64,000 nt of DNA from Patescibacteria group bacterium (GCA_018062825.1 JAGORL010000001.1:47137-111136), one strand, 5' to 3'. Positions 48,741-58,667 are shown, numbered from the stretch's first letter. Translations and numbers: made by a program. Notes: generated by a model not told the origin, from the letters alone.

Positions 48741-50006
48741 ATGACCGCATTGGCCCGTATCTTCAAAACTCCGGAATTGCGCAACGGTCTGTTGTTCATC
48801 TTGGGTGCAGTAACGATATTCCGTGTCGTTGCTCACATTCCTGTTCCTGGTATTGATGCCTCTGGCCTTGAAGGTTTATTGGCAGGAAACCAGTTTCTAG
48901 GTCTGTTGAATGTATTCTCAGGTGGTACGCTTGAAAATTTCTCTATCGTGGCACTTGGTGTTGCGCCGTATATCACGGCTTCCATCATTTTCCAGCTTCT
49001 TGGCATGATCTTTCCATCCGTGGAAGAGATGCAGAAAGAAGAGCAGGGTCGCCAGAAGTTAAATCGCTACACGCGATTTGCTACGGTGCCTTTGGCGGTA
49101 TTGCAAGGCTACAGCTTGGTGATGCTCTTGACCCAGCAGGGAGTTTTAAATAGCGGCGCACTTTCGACGCTTGAGTTCGTAACAGCGATCGGATCAATGG
49201 TTGCGGGTACGGTATTTCTTATGTGGCTTGGTGAGTTAATCTCCGAGCGAAAACTGGGAAATGGTATCTCGATCATGATCTTCGCCGGTATCGTTTCCGC
49301 CTTTCCGGGCTTTATTGCTCAAACGGTGGCCACATACACGAGCGCTGATCTGATTAACGTAATTGTCTTTGCGGCACTTACGGTAGCAACAGTGGTAAGC
49401 GTCGTTGTTATCAGCGAAGCTCAGCGAAATCTTCCAGTCCAGTACGCCCGCGGTGGCCGTAATCAGGCAACGAAAGTTGTCTCTACGCTCCCACTTCGTG
49501 TGAACATGGGTGGTATGATCCCGATCTTGTTCGCGCTCTCGATCATTGTTCTTCCACCGCTCGTCGCGCAGTTTTTCGTAAATGCGCGCACCGAGGTGAT
49601 TAGAACGATCGCCGTGCAAACGATCGCGCTTTTCGGAAACAGTGCCTTCTACGCTCTCTTCTACTTTGCACTCGTTGTCACCTTTACGTTCTTCTACGCA
49701 TCTGTGGTCTTTAAACCAGATCAGGTTGCTGAGAACTTGCAAAAGCAGGGTGGATTCATCCCAGGTGTACGCCCGGGTGAGCCGACGGCAAATTACTTAC
49801 AGTGGGTCATGAACCGCTTGCTCCTTATCGGAGCGGTTTTCCTCGCAACGCTCGCAATTCTCCCGGTACTTGTGCAAGAGTTTACGGGAAATGTGAACCT
49901 CGTTGTTGGTGGTTCGTCAGTGCTCATTGTGGTATCAGTCGTTATCGACATTGTGAAGCAGATTGACTCGCAGTTAACCATGCGTTCGTACGACGACGTG
50001 GTTTAG
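48741..50006 (+). CDS. secY: preprotein translocase subunit SecY
   Basis: 421 aa, 10 TM helices. Confidence 0.95.
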   Translation: MTALARIFKTPELRNGLLFILGAVTIFRVVAHIPVPGIDASGLEGLLAGNQFLGLLNVFSGGTLENFSIVALGVAPYITASIIFQLLGMIFPSVEEMQKEEQGRQKLNRYTRFATVPLAVLQGYSLVMLLTQQGVLNSGALSTLEFVTAIGSMVAGTVFLMWLGELISERKLGNGISIMIFAGIVSAFPGFIAQTVATYTSADLINVIVFAALTVATVVSVVVISEAQRNLPVQYARGGRNQATKVVSTLPLRVNMGGMIPILFALSIIVLPPLVAQFFVNARTEVIRTIAVQTIALFGNSAFYALFYFALVVTFTFFYASVVFKPDQVAENLQKQGGFIPGVRPGEPTANYLQWVMNRLLLIGAVFLATLAILPVLVQEFTGNVNLVVGGSSVLIVVSVVIDIVKQIDSQLTMRSYDDVV

Positions 50007-50007
50007 A

Positions 50008-50036
50008 AAACAGCCCCCAACCGGGGCTGTTTTTCT
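50008..50036 (+). terminator. Rho-independent terminator after secY
   Basis: cagcccc-caacc-ggggctg + tttttc. Confidence 0.55.
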
Positions 50037-50065
50037 TTGCTATTGACGCTATCATTACTCGGCTT

Positions 50066-50620
50066 ATGAGAAAAATTATCATTCTTGGCCCACAGGGCTG
50101 TGGAAAGGGAACGCAGGCCACTCGTCTGGCAACACTCTTTGGTCTCCAGAAGATCTCCATGGGTCAGTTATTGCGTGATGAGGTTGCTGCCGGTACGCCT
50201 ATGGGAAAAAAGATCGGTAACACAGTAGCGACTGGTGAGCTAGTGTCAGATGAGATCGCCTCAGAAGTATTGCATCAGCGCTTGCGTCAGCCGGATGTTA
50301 TGAAGGGGTACATTTTGGATGGCTTTCCAAGAGACATGAAGCAATATGAAGCTTTTGAAAAGTTCGATAGCCCGACAGACGTTATTGTAATAACACTACC
50401 AAGAGAGAAGAGTGTCATGCGCCTTCTAGATCGCGCGCAAAAAGAAGGCAGGGCAGATGATACGCTTGAAGTCATTAATCGTCGGCTTGAGATATACGAA
50501 ACCGATACACAACCAGTCCTAAATGCTTATGAAGAGCGCGGTATTTTACGCACGATCGACGGCGATGCCTCAATTGATGACGTAGCGGATAGAATTGCAA
50601 AAATGCTCACTTCAGCATAA
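50066..50620 (+). CDS. adk: adenylate kinase (short LID form)
   Basis: ILGPQGCGKGTQ P-loop. 184 aa. Confidence 0.9.
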   Translation: MRKIIILGPQGCGKGTQATRLATLFGLQKISMGQLLRDEVAAGTPMGKKIGNTVATGELVSDEIASEVLHQRLRQPDVMKGYILDGFPRDMKQYEAFEKFDSPTDVIVITLPREKSVMRLLDRAQKEGRADDTLEVINRRLEIYETDTQPVLNAYEERGILRTIDGDASIDDVADRIAKMLTSA

Positions 50621-50634
50621 AGTGGGGGAATCGT

Positions 50635-51417
50635 ATGGCGCTTATAAAGACCAAAGAAGAGATTCTTGCAATGCAAGAAGGCGGAGCACTATTGTCACGC
50701 GCGCTCCAGGCTGCAGTTGACGCTGCAAAGCCAGGTGTCACCATGGCACGCCTTGATGCTATCGCTCGAGATGTTATTGAAAAGGGTGGCGGCAAGCCAT
50801 CATTCTTAGGGTATAAAGGCGGCGGAAGCATTCCTTTTCCAGCTACGGTCTGTATTTCACGAAATAGTGAGGTGGTGCATGGCGTTGGAACGCGAGAGGT
50901 TGTGCTAGAAGAGGGTGATATTGTTGGACTAGATATTGGCTGCTGGTATAAGGGTCTTTGCACCGATATGGCGGTAACCGTGCCAATTGGAGAGACCACA
51001 GCTGAGCGCAAAAAGCTTCTCAAGGTAACGCGTAACGCCATGTATGCCGGCGTGGATGCCGCTAGAGCAGGGCGTCATATTTCAGACGTTGCCGCTGCCA
51101 TTGAGGCGCAGATAGATGAGAAGAAGTACGGGATTGTAAAGGCGCTCGTAGGTCACGGCGTTGGCCACGCTGTGCATGAGGGGCCAAACGTACCAAACTT
51201 TACCGGCGGTGGATTTCCTAAGGTGCTCATTAAAGAGGGGATGTGTTTAGCGATCGAGCCAATGCTCACGCTTGGAACCGACGACGTTCGTACAGCTAAG
51301 GACGGTTGGACAATTGTGACCGCTGATGGATCAGATGCGGCGCATTTTGAGGTAACGCTCGCTGTACTTCCTGATGGCCCAGCAATTCTTACTCCGCAGC
51401 CGGAAATAGGTTTCTAA
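50635..51417 (+). CDS. map: type I methionine aminopeptidase
   Basis: 260 aa, metal ligands in DIGCWYKGLCTDMAVT...HGVGHAVHE. Confidence 0.9.
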   Translation: MALIKTKEEILAMQEGGALLSRALQAAVDAAKPGVTMARLDAIARDVIEKGGGKPSFLGYKGGGSIPFPATVCISRNSEVVHGVGTREVVLEEGDIVGLDIGCWYKGLCTDMAVTVPIGETTAERKKLLKVTRNAMYAGVDAARAGRHISDVAAAIEAQIDEKKYGIVKALVGHGVGHAVHEGPNVPNFTGGGFPKVLIKEGMCLAIEPMLTLGTDDVRTAKDGWTIVTADGSDAAHFEVTLAVLPDGPAILTPQPEIGF

Positions 51418-51423
51418 AGAGCT

Positions 51424-51639
51424 ATGATGCGTGATTTAGAGTACGACAAACGCTTTATAACAGAGGCGGTCAAGCGTTCGGGAGTAAAAGAAGCTATATA
51501 TATTACGCCAAATTTGTACGACGGCGGGTATGAAGTGCGTGTTGGTAGCGAAGATTTCTTTTTTGAGTATCCGGTAATTGATGGGGGAGATAAAGACCAC
51601 ATCGAAAATGAAGTGAAGAAACGCTATGATCTTTACTAG
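51424..51639 (+). CDS. hypothetical small protein (in the place usually occupied by infA/rpmJ)
   Basis: 71 aa, no recognisable motif. Not IF-1. Confidence 0.3.
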   Translation: MMRDLEYDKRFITEAVKRSGVKEAIYITPNLYDGGYEVRVGSEDFFFEYPVIDGGDKDHIENEVKKRYDLY

Positions 51640-52111
51640 ACTTGGTTGGCAAAAAGGTGACGTTATTGGTTTAGCGATGGTGCTTGCAGTTATTGCGCTC
51701 ATCGCCCTCTTCTTTGTCTTTGCGCCAAAAGCGCCTGAAGTAACCTATGCGCCTACAGAGGTAGCCGGAAGTAGCCTTGAAGTCATGGACTCCTCACTGG
51801 CTGCAACAACCTTTACGGTAACAGCCCCGGTCCCTGCTTTTGTAACGGTACACGAGGCCGTAGGATCGGCTCCTGGCCCGGTACTTGGTGTTTCTGAGCT
51901 CTTAACAGCATCGCCCGATTCTCGCGTTATTCGGCTTGATCTTGGGGAGACGTCTTGGCCACCAACAAAGCTGATCGCATTACTTTTTGCTGACGACGGT
52001 GATGGGATCTTTGAGGCAGGCATCGATTTGCCAATCTCTGCTGACGGAGTTGTGGTTCGTGTGGATTACTCGCCAAACACAGGAGAGGAGGTAAGTCCAG
52101 ATAGCCTGTGA
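51626..52111 (+). CDS. hypothetical membrane-anchored secreted protein
   Basis: N-terminal TM (VIGLAMVLAVIALIALFFVF), then Ser/Thr/Ala/Pro-rich region. Confidence 0.35.
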   Translation: MIFTRLGWQKGDVIGLAMVLAVIALIALFFVFAPKAPEVTYAPTEVAGSSLEVMDSSLAATTFTVTAPVPAFVTVHEAVGSAPGPVLGVSELLTASPDSRVIRLDLGETSWPPTKLIALLFADDGDGIFEAGIDLPISADGVVVRVDYSPNTGEEVSPDSL

Positions 52112-52494
52112 AGCTTTTAGCGATTGATTTAGGTACAAAAAAAACCGGTTTAGCGCTCGGTGATGTTGAGGCTAAAGTCGCTGTTCCTTTTGGTCGTCTT
52201 GAAGGCGAAAAAAATACGCTAGAAGAAGTTATTCGTCTTGCGCACGCTGAAGGAGTTGAGGCCTTTGTTGTTGGCTTGGCGACAGCGGAAGCAGGTCAGC
52301 ATCGAGGGCAGACTGATCGTACGCTTGCATATATTGAAGAGCTGAAGCGAGTTTCAAGCCTTGCGGTTCATGTTGTTGATGAACAGTTCAGCTCAGCGGA
52401 AGCGCGTCGAATGCAGGAGGAGTACGGTTCAAATATTTCAGAAGATGAGTTAGCGGCAATGTTGATTTTGCAAGCGTGGCTTGATGAGAAATAG
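52108..52494 (+). CDS. ruvX: Holliday-junction resolvase-like RuvX/YqgF
   Basis: MKLLAIDLGTKKTGLALGD. Confidence 0.85.
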   Translation: MKLLAIDLGTKKTGLALGDVEAKVAVPFGRLEGEKNTLEEVIRLAHAEGVEAFVVGLATAEAGQHRGQTDRTLAYIEELKRVSSLAVHVVDEQFSSAEARRMQEEYGSNISEDELAAMLILQAWLDEK

Positions 52495-52496
52495 CT

Positions 52497-53285
52497 ATGT
52501 GGGCATCGGTGAAAACCGAAGCGATCGTCTTAACGACGCAACCCTGGAAAGAGGCTGATCGTCGCTATACGGCGATTTCGCCAGAGTTGGGGTATCTAGA
52601 GTTCATTGGGCGTGGAGCTCGCAAGGGCAAGGCAAAACTTGCCGCACATATTGAACCACTATCGGTGGTGCAATTAGAGTTGGTACGTGGCGCCCGCCAG
52701 ATGACGGTGATTAATGCCGAACGGCAAGAAGTGTTTAGGCATATGCATGCGAGTCTCGAGGGTCGCATGGCAGCTTTATCGGCTGCCTCGCTTCTGCATG
52801 CTTCACTACGCCCTGAAGTGCCCGATGCTGAGCTCTATCTCGACTTCCTCACCTTCGCCCGTACCGTAAATGAGGCACCTCAGCTAACCGGAGCTCGAGC
52901 GGCTTTTTTTGCTGGCGGCTTTGCACTACGTACGCTTACCGCACTTGGGTACGCAGTATCGCTCAAGCGGTGTGTTGGCTGCTCAACACACATTGTCCCA
53001 TTGTCATTTCGTTGGCATGACATAAAAGGGGGAGTGGTTTGCACGGACTGTATATTAAGTGCACCGCATGAATGGGTGGAGGCGCGTAGCACCCCTGAGG
53101 AGGTTTTAGCGCTTTTACGCTTTGCGCGCATGAGTGCGTATGACGACCTATTGCGTCCACAGCTCAGGGTGGCTGATGTCTATGCTTTTACGCAATGTGT
53201 TCAGGGTTTGGTGAGATTGCATGTGCCTGGCGCGATTGGTTGGGGTGACGAATTGGCTGACCTATTTTTACTACCAAAGGCTTAA
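52497..53285 (+). CDS. recO: DNA repair protein RecO
   Basis: N-terminal OB fold, Zn motif CVGCS...CTDC. Confidence 0.8.
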   Translation: MWASVKTEAIVLTTQPWKEADRRYTAISPELGYLEFIGRGARKGKAKLAAHIEPLSVVQLELVRGARQMTVINAERQEVFRHMHASLEGRMAALSAASLLHASLRPEVPDAELYLDFLTFARTVNEAPQLTGARAAFFAGGFALRTLTALGYAVSLKRCVGCSTHIVPLSFRWHDIKGGVVCTDCILSAPHEWVEARSTPEEVLALLRFARMSAYDDLLRPQLRVADVYAFTQCVQGLVRLHVPGAIGWGDELADLFLLPKA

Positions 53286-53288
53286 GGA

Positions 53289-53317
53289 TTGACGATAAAA
53301 ACCCCCTTTGCTATCTT
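53289..53317 (+). promoter_or_regulatory. candidate promoter of the aspS leader
   Basis: TTGACG - 17 nt - TATCTT. Confidence 0.35.
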
Positions 53318-53323
53318 CAGGTT

Positions 53324-53519
53324 AACGGCATTGAGGCGGCTGACACCGCTGAGCTAAAGGTAGAACCCTGGTATATCCAGGTAGTAGACCCTTTCGGGAG
53401 CGCCCGTTATTGCGCAAATGAGGCCCTGGCTAAACGCCGGGTAAAGTAAGGTGGCACCGCGATTTGATCGCCCTTACGTACCGTTTATGCTGAGCATAAA
53501 CAACGCAGGGCGCTTTTTA
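53324..53519 (+). ncRNA. T-box leader (tRNA-Asp-sensing transcription attenuator) upstream of aspS
   Basis: Conserved T-box AAGGUGGCACCGCGA at 53447-53462 overlaps the 5' arm of a terminator (cgccct...agggcg + ctttttatttcccc). GAC codon sits in a candidate specifier region (ggctGACacc). Confidence 0.55.
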
Positions 53520-53540
53520 TTTCCCCGCGAAACTCATTGT

Positions 53541-54935
53541 ATGAATCGAATTTTTACTAAAGACATCGTGAATAAGGTAGGTGAAACCGTTACCGTTGCT
53601 GGCTGGATCCATGCACGCCGTGACATGGGTAAGGTGGCCTTTTTTGATCTTCGCGATAAGGACGGTCTGTTGCAGGTCGTAGCGGTACCATCTGAACTTG
53701 GCGACTCTGCTGAAGTTGCAACCAAACTTCGTTCTGAGTGGGTGGTTGAGATTGAAGGCGTTGTGCAGGCTCGTGGAGCCAAGCAGGTCAATGACAAGAT
53801 CGCGACAGGCACGGTTGAGCTGCTAGCAAAAGCTATTCGTGTACTAAACGAAGCGAAGACGCCACCTTTTGAGCTTGATAAAGATACACGTGTCATTAAC
53901 GAAGAAACACGTCTCACGTATCGTTATCTTGATTTGCGCTCCGAGCGCATGCAAAAGAACTTGCGCAATCGTCACGCGATGTTTCAGTACATGCGTTCGT
54001 ATCTTGGTGATCAAGGATTTATTGAAGTTGAAACACCGGTTCTCACAAAAGGTACCCCAGAAGGCGCTCGTGAATTCATCGTGCCATCACGTTTGCATGC
54101 GGGAAACTTCTACGTACTTCCACAGTCACCTCAGCAGTTTAAGCAGCTACTCATGGTAAGTGGCGTCGAGCGCTACTATCAGCTTGCTAAGTGTTTCCGT
54201 GATGAAGACCAGCGCGGTGATCGTCAGCCAGAATTCACGCAGCTTGACCTTGAGATGAGCTTTGTTGAACGCGAAGATGTCATGCAGCTGATCGAGAAGC
54301 TGCTTATCGAGCTCGTGAAGGCGTACCGACCTGACGCTAAGATGCAGCAGGTGCCGTTCCCACGCATGTCTTACAAGGAAGCGATGGAAAAGTACGGCAC
54401 TGATCGTCCAGATATTCGCGTAAACAAGGAGGATCCGAACGAGTTCGCTTTCCTGTGGGTTATAGATTTCCCATTCTTTGAGAAAACCGAAGACGGCGGT
54501 TGGACTTTCACCCACAACCCGTTCTCGGCCGCACTTCCTGAGTGGCGAGAAAAGTTGATGGCAAAAGAAGACATCGCAAGTATCATCACTAGTCAGTACG
54601 ATATTGTGTTAAACGGTTTTGAGATTGGCGGCGGTAGCGTGCGCAATCACCAGCCAGAGGCCTTGAAGCGTGTCTTTGAGATCATGGGCTTCACAGATGA
54701 GCAGATTGAGGAGCAGTTTGGTCATATGCTTAATGCCTTCTCCTATGGCGCGCCTCCACATGGCGGCATCGCCCTTGGTATTGATCGCGTGCTAGCGCTC
54801 TTCCAGGGCGAACAGAATATTCGTGAGGTCATGGCTTTTCCAAAGGACGGTAACGCTCGCGACCACATGATGGGCGCGCCTTCACCGTTGCCAGAAAAGG
54901 CATTGAAGGAAGCAAACGTAAAAATCGCTTCTTAA
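53541..54935 (+). CDS. aspS: aspartate--tRNA ligase (compact bacterial type)
   Basis: QSPQQFKQLLMVSGVERYYQLAKCFRDEDQRGDRQPEFTQLDLEMSF. Class II motifs 2 and 3 (GGGSVRNH, GIDRVLAL). Track ORF 53451 start lies inside the leader. Confidence 0.9.
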   Translation: MNRIFTKDIVNKVGETVTVAGWIHARRDMGKVAFFDLRDKDGLLQVVAVPSELGDSAEVATKLRSEWVVEIEGVVQARGAKQVNDKIATGTVELLAKAIRVLNEAKTPPFELDKDTRVINEETRLTYRYLDLRSERMQKNLRNRHAMFQYMRSYLGDQGFIEVETPVLTKGTPEGAREFIVPSRLHAGNFYVLPQSPQQFKQLLMVSGVERYYQLAKCFRDEDQRGDRQPEFTQLDLEMSFVEREDVMQLIEKLLIELVKAYRPDAKMQQVPFPRMSYKEAMEKYGTDRPDIRVNKEDPNEFAFLWVIDFPFFEKTEDGGWTFTHNPFSAALPEWREKLMAKEDIASIITSQYDIVLNGFEIGGGSVRNHQPEALKRVFEIMGFTDEQIEEQFGHMLNAFSYGAPPHGGIALGIDRVLALFQGEQNIREVMAFPKDGNARDHMMGAPSPLPEKALKEANVKIAS

Positions 54936-54944
54936 GAAAGGAAT

Positions 54945-54980
54945 AACCCCCGAGCACATGGCGCTCGGGGGTTTTGCGTG
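54945..54980 (+). terminator. Rho-independent terminator after aspS
   Basis: cccccgagcg-acatgg-cgctcggggg + ttttg. Confidence 0.55.
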
Positions 54981-55069
54981 TCAGTGAAAGTACATGTGAC
55001 CGTAGGCGATATGGCAAAACAGCGCGGTAGTTATTGAGGTTTTCGAAAAAAGAGGTATACTTTTCTTAT

Positions 55070-55768
55070 ATGGGTTTTGCGGTGGCACAGCCATCATACT
55101 CTGGTCCGCTTGAGCTTCTTCTGGAGCTTATTGAGGGTCAAAAATTGCCAATCACAAGCGTTTCTTTGGCGAGTGTCGCTGATGCATACGTCACCTATGT
55201 GAAAGAGGCAAAGGTAGAAGGTGACGAGCTGGCCGATTTTTTATTGATTGCAGCTCGGCTTATTTATCTTAAAAGCCGGGAGCTCATTCCGTATCTTTAC
55301 ATTGAAGAAGAAGAGAATGCTGTAGCTGATCTTGAAGAGCGCCTACGTCTTTACAAAGAATTTCTGGAGGTAGCAGAAATGCTAAACGAACGTTTCGGTG
55401 CAGCGACGATGTACGTTCGTCGTAGGGAAGAGAAGAAGCGAGTAACCCCAGGGGCAATGCCGGCCAATGTACATGCACAAGCACTCGCTGATGCCTTTCA
55501 TGGGGTGATCAAAAGACTCGAGCCGTTCTTTGCCTTGCGAGAAGCTAAGATGGACAAAACCATTTCGGTCGAAGAGAAGATAGAGAGGCTTCATGAGGCG
55601 TTAAAGTCACGTGCTAAGATGACCTTCCGAGAAACAATAGGTGATGATTCAAAGGAAGGGGATGTTGTTGTAAGTTTCTTGGCGCTTTTAGAGCTATTGC
55701 GTCGTAAGGCCGTGAAAGCAGAGCAGTCCGGTGCTTTTCAGGATATTCATCTTACAAGAAGCGAGTAA
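55070..55768 (+). CDS. scpA: segregation and condensation protein A
   Basis: GPLELLLELIEGQKLPITSVSLASVADAY. Confidence 0.8.
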   Translation: MGFAVAQPSYSGPLELLLELIEGQKLPITSVSLASVADAYVTYVKEAKVEGDELADFLLIAARLIYLKSRELIPYLYIEEEENAVADLEERLRLYKEFLEVAEMLNERFGAATMYVRRREEKKRVTPGAMPANVHAQALADAFHGVIKRLEPFFALREAKMDKTISVEEKIERLHEALKSRAKMTFRETIGDDSKEGDVVVSFLALLELLRRKAVKAEQSGAFQDIHLTRSE

Positions 55769-55771
55769 CGT

Positions 55772-56332
55772 ATGGATTTATCATTACATGCAATATTAGA
55801 AGCAGTGCTCTTTGCCGCTGGTCGACCACTTGGGGCGAAGACGCTTGCTGCCGCGGTAGACGCTTCACAAGATGAGGTTATTGCTGCACTCAAGGAGCTT
55901 GCGAGCGGGTGCGAATCCGGTGATCGTGGCCTTCGGATTCTTACTGATGGCGTTACGTGGTCATTAGTAACAGCAAAAGAGGCCGCAAAAGCGGTGGAGG
56001 AAGTGGCCAAAGTAGATGAGGCGGGGGAGTTAACGCGTCCAGCTCTTGAAACGCTTACGGTTATTGCCTACAAAGGACCGATCACAAAACCGGAGATTGA
56101 AGCGGTACGTGGCGTAAACTGCACGCTTGTTTTACGAAATCTTTTGGTGCGAGGATTGGTTGACGAAAAAGAAGAGTCGCCAATACGTACCGTGTATACT
56201 CTTTCTCACGATGCGATGCGCTATCTCGGCATCACGAAGCTTGCTGAACTGCCTCACTACGATCGATTGCACAAAGACACCACTATCGAGCGACTCCTCG
56301 CGGCGTTAGAAACGCCTCAGGCGAGCGTATGA
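55772..56332 (+). CDS. scpB: segregation and condensation protein B
   Basis: LEAVLFAAGRPL... Confidence 0.8.
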   Translation: MDLSLHAILEAVLFAAGRPLGAKTLAAAVDASQDEVIAALKELASGCESGDRGLRILTDGVTWSLVTAKEAAKAVEEVAKVDEAGELTRPALETLTVIAYKGPITKPEIEAVRGVNCTLVLRNLLVRGLVDEKEESPIRTVYTLSHDAMRYLGITKLAELPHYDRLHKDTTIERLLAALETPQASV

Positions 56333-57279
56333 TCTTACGAAATGTCGGACAACTTGTACTCGTGAGTGTTATGGGAGGCCTATTTGCCCCTGATGCTACT
56401 CTACTTGAATGGCAGGCAGGACTTGGCTCCATGCCGGTTTTTATGTCGGTAGCCCGGGCGCGCCATTTGCCAGAAGCGGCAGATCGCCAAGCGCCTGTGC
56501 CAATGAAGATAGATGCAGAGTCATACGGCGTTGGCATTGGTGCTGATGCCGCAGTTGTGATCGATGCAAGAAGCGGCGCGCTTCTGTACGCAAAGGGTCC
56601 GGAAGAAGTGCGATCAATCGGCAGTATCACCAAAGCTATGACTGCGCTCGTGTATCTGGAAGCAGCCCCTGATTTAGAGGAGATGGTGGTTATTAGGAAT
56701 GAAGATATCTTGTTTGGTGGTCGTATTTACCTGCAGACAAATGACGCCTTGCGCGCGAGAGACGTGCTTGCCGCGGCGATGATCGGCTCAGATAACAGCG
56801 CCTCAAAGGCGCTCATCAACCTTTCCGGGTTATCTGAAGAGGATTTTATTAGTCGTATGAATACCAAGGCAAAAGAGCTTGGTATGATCACTACTACGTT
56901 TGTTGACCCGAGCGGACTTTCTGCAAATAACACTTCAAGCGCGAGAGACATTGCGCTTTTACTCGCGGAGGTTGCAAAGCATGAAGACTTAACTTCGCTC
57001 ATGACAAGAAGTGAGATAACGATTCGTCAGGCAAGTGGCTTTGCCGCCACTATCACAAGCACGAATACATTACTGACGACGCTTCCAGACGGTTATGAGA
57101 TTACTGCCGGTAAAACCGGCTTCCTACCACAGGCCGGATACTGTTTCATGGCAGCATTTGAGCATGAAGGAAATGATGTGTATGTAGTGGTTCTAGGGTC
57201 AGATGAAATAGATGGTCGTTTTGCTGACGCGCAGTCACTTGCACTTTGGACGTATCAGACTTTTGCTTGGCCCGAGTAG
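56329..57279 (+). CDS. dacA: D-alanyl-D-alanine carboxypeptidase (peptidase S11, PBP5-like)
   Basis: SITK (SxxK), SDNS (SxN), KTGF (KTG). Confidence 0.8.
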   Translation: MILRNVGQLVLVSVMGGLFAPDATLLEWQAGLGSMPVFMSVARARHLPEAADRQAPVPMKIDAESYGVGIGADAAVVIDARSGALLYAKGPEEVRSIGSITKAMTALVYLEAAPDLEEMVVIRNEDILFGGRIYLQTNDALRARDVLAAAMIGSDNSASKALINLSGLSEEDFISRMNTKAKELGMITTTFVDPSGLSANNTSSARDIALLLAEVAKHEDLTSLMTRSEITIRQASGFAATITSTNTLLTTLPDGYEITAGKTGFLPQAGYCFMAAFEHEGNDVYVVVLGSDEIDGRFADAQSLALWTYQTFAWPE

Positions 57280-57280
57280 T

Positions 57281-57778
57281 ATGAAAGAAGTTGTCTTTAC
57301 ATTTGTTGAAGCGCTCCCGGCTTGGTTCCAGGTTTTACTAGTCGCTGCTGTGCCGATTGTGGAGTTTCGAGGAGCGATACCATTCGCGCTTGAAGTGCAC
57401 GGCTTTAGCGTTTTAGAGGCGATCATTCTAACAACGATCGGCAACATGTTGCCGTTTATTCCACTCTATTTTGGCTTAGCGAGCTTGCGTCGTTTACTTG
57501 CAAAATACATGCCAAGGCTCGTCGCACCTCTTGATGCATTTATTAAACGCGCCGACCATAAGCTACGAGATCATTTTGAAAGATACGGCGCACTGGCGCT
57601 TCTGCTCTTTGTGGCTATTCCATTACCGCTTACCGGAGTGTGGACGGCAACGGTCGGTGCAGTTTCTCTGAAGATTCCAGTCAAACACGCGGGCTTAGCA
57701 CTCACAGGTGGTGTGATAATCGGCTCGATCATCGTTGCGTTGATCACGAAAGGAGCTTTAGCGATTATCAATGAGTAA
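57281..57778 (+). CDS. small membrane protein of the COG2426 / small multidrug export-like family
   Basis: VPIVEFRGAIPFAL...GNMLPFIPLYFGL...RYGALALLLFVAIPLPLTGVWT. Confidence 0.5.
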   Translation: MKEVVFTFVEALPAWFQVLLVAAVPIVEFRGAIPFALEVHGFSVLEAIILTTIGNMLPFIPLYFGLASLRRLLAKYMPRLVAPLDAFIKRADHKLRDHFERYGALALLLFVAIPLPLTGVWTATVGAVSLKIPVKHAGLALTGGVIIGSIIVALITKGALAIINE

Positions 57779-57816
57779 GTATCAGACCGGTGACGGCTTG
57801 ATATACTGATCGTACT

Positions 57817-58626
57817 ATGAAAACAACCATGCCAGCTGGGATGCGAGCCATTGAGATCATGCTGATCAGCATTCTCGGAGTCACGGTTGTTGTAGCTTTG
57901 TGGATCGGTATCCTTTTTCAAAATAGAGGGGAAGACACGCGTGCCTTAGCCTGGGCAGATGCGGCAAAGTATAACTGCGAACTAAGTGATGGTATTTTTG
58001 AAGGCGGTCAGTGTACATGTTCGTCAGCGCAAGGAGAGTCGGGGCGGCAGCCTGAGTCCAATGGTTTTTGTGTAGACGCCATGGACGGCTCGCCAAGTGG
58101 AAATGCGCGTTATGCAACAATCGGCTTGCCGTGGGGAGATTACGAAGGTCATCGGGCACAGATTGTAAGAAGCGCTGTCGCTGATAGTGAAAAGTCAGGA
58201 AAAGTCGGTGTCGAGGTGATTAGAGTGAATGAAGATTTTGGTGATGTTTTTTATTTCTATCCAAATCAAGATGCGGCGCAAGACGGTATCAATCACAGTT
58301 TACTAGTCGCGCATTCGCTAACGATGGCAAACAAGGGAGTAACCAATCCCTTTGATGAGATTAAGTATCAAGATGTACTGACGTCCCCGGATGGCAAATA
58401 TGCGGTTCTTTCAGCTGCCTGTTGGGAGCAAGATTGTTATCAAATCTTTGATATTGAGCAGCGAGAGTTGCACTGGGTAAATGCGGCTGCGGATATGGTT
58501 TCATGGACCCCAGAGAACCGTTTGCGGCTAGAGGGGGATTGCTATACCCCAATGGCGACTGCTTGCGGGCCGTATGAATCAGTCTCTGTAAGTGAGCCGT
58601 GGATTGTTGCAGAGGTTGCGCAGTAG
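57817..58626 (+). CDS. hypothetical secreted Cys-rich protein with N-terminal TM anchor
   Basis: TM helix, then about 12 Cys in the ectodomain. Confidence 0.35.
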   Translation: MKTTMPAGMRAIEIMLISILGVTVVVALWIGILFQNRGEDTRALAWADAAKYNCELSDGIFEGGQCTCSSAQGESGRQPESNGFCVDAMDGSPSGNARYATIGLPWGDYEGHRAQIVRSAVADSEKSGKVGVEVIRVNEDFGDVFYFYPNQDAAQDGINHSLLVAHSLTMANKGVTNPFDEIKYQDVLTSPDGKYAVLSAACWEQDCYQIFDIEQRELHWVNAAADMVSWTPENRLRLEGDCYTPMATACGPYESVSVSEPWIVAEVAQ

Positions 58627-58640
58627 TGAGTGGATCATAC

Positions 58641-58667
58641 AAAAAAACACCCAAATTGGGTGTTTTT
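58641..58667. terminator. bidirectional terminator
   Basis: aaaaaaa-caccc-aaatt-gggtg-tttttt. Confidence 0.55.

Noticed and set aside
53451-53540. Upstream in-frame extension of the aspS ORF
   Set aside because: The region is the T-box leader and terminator. AspRS homology begins at MNRIFTKDIV (53541).
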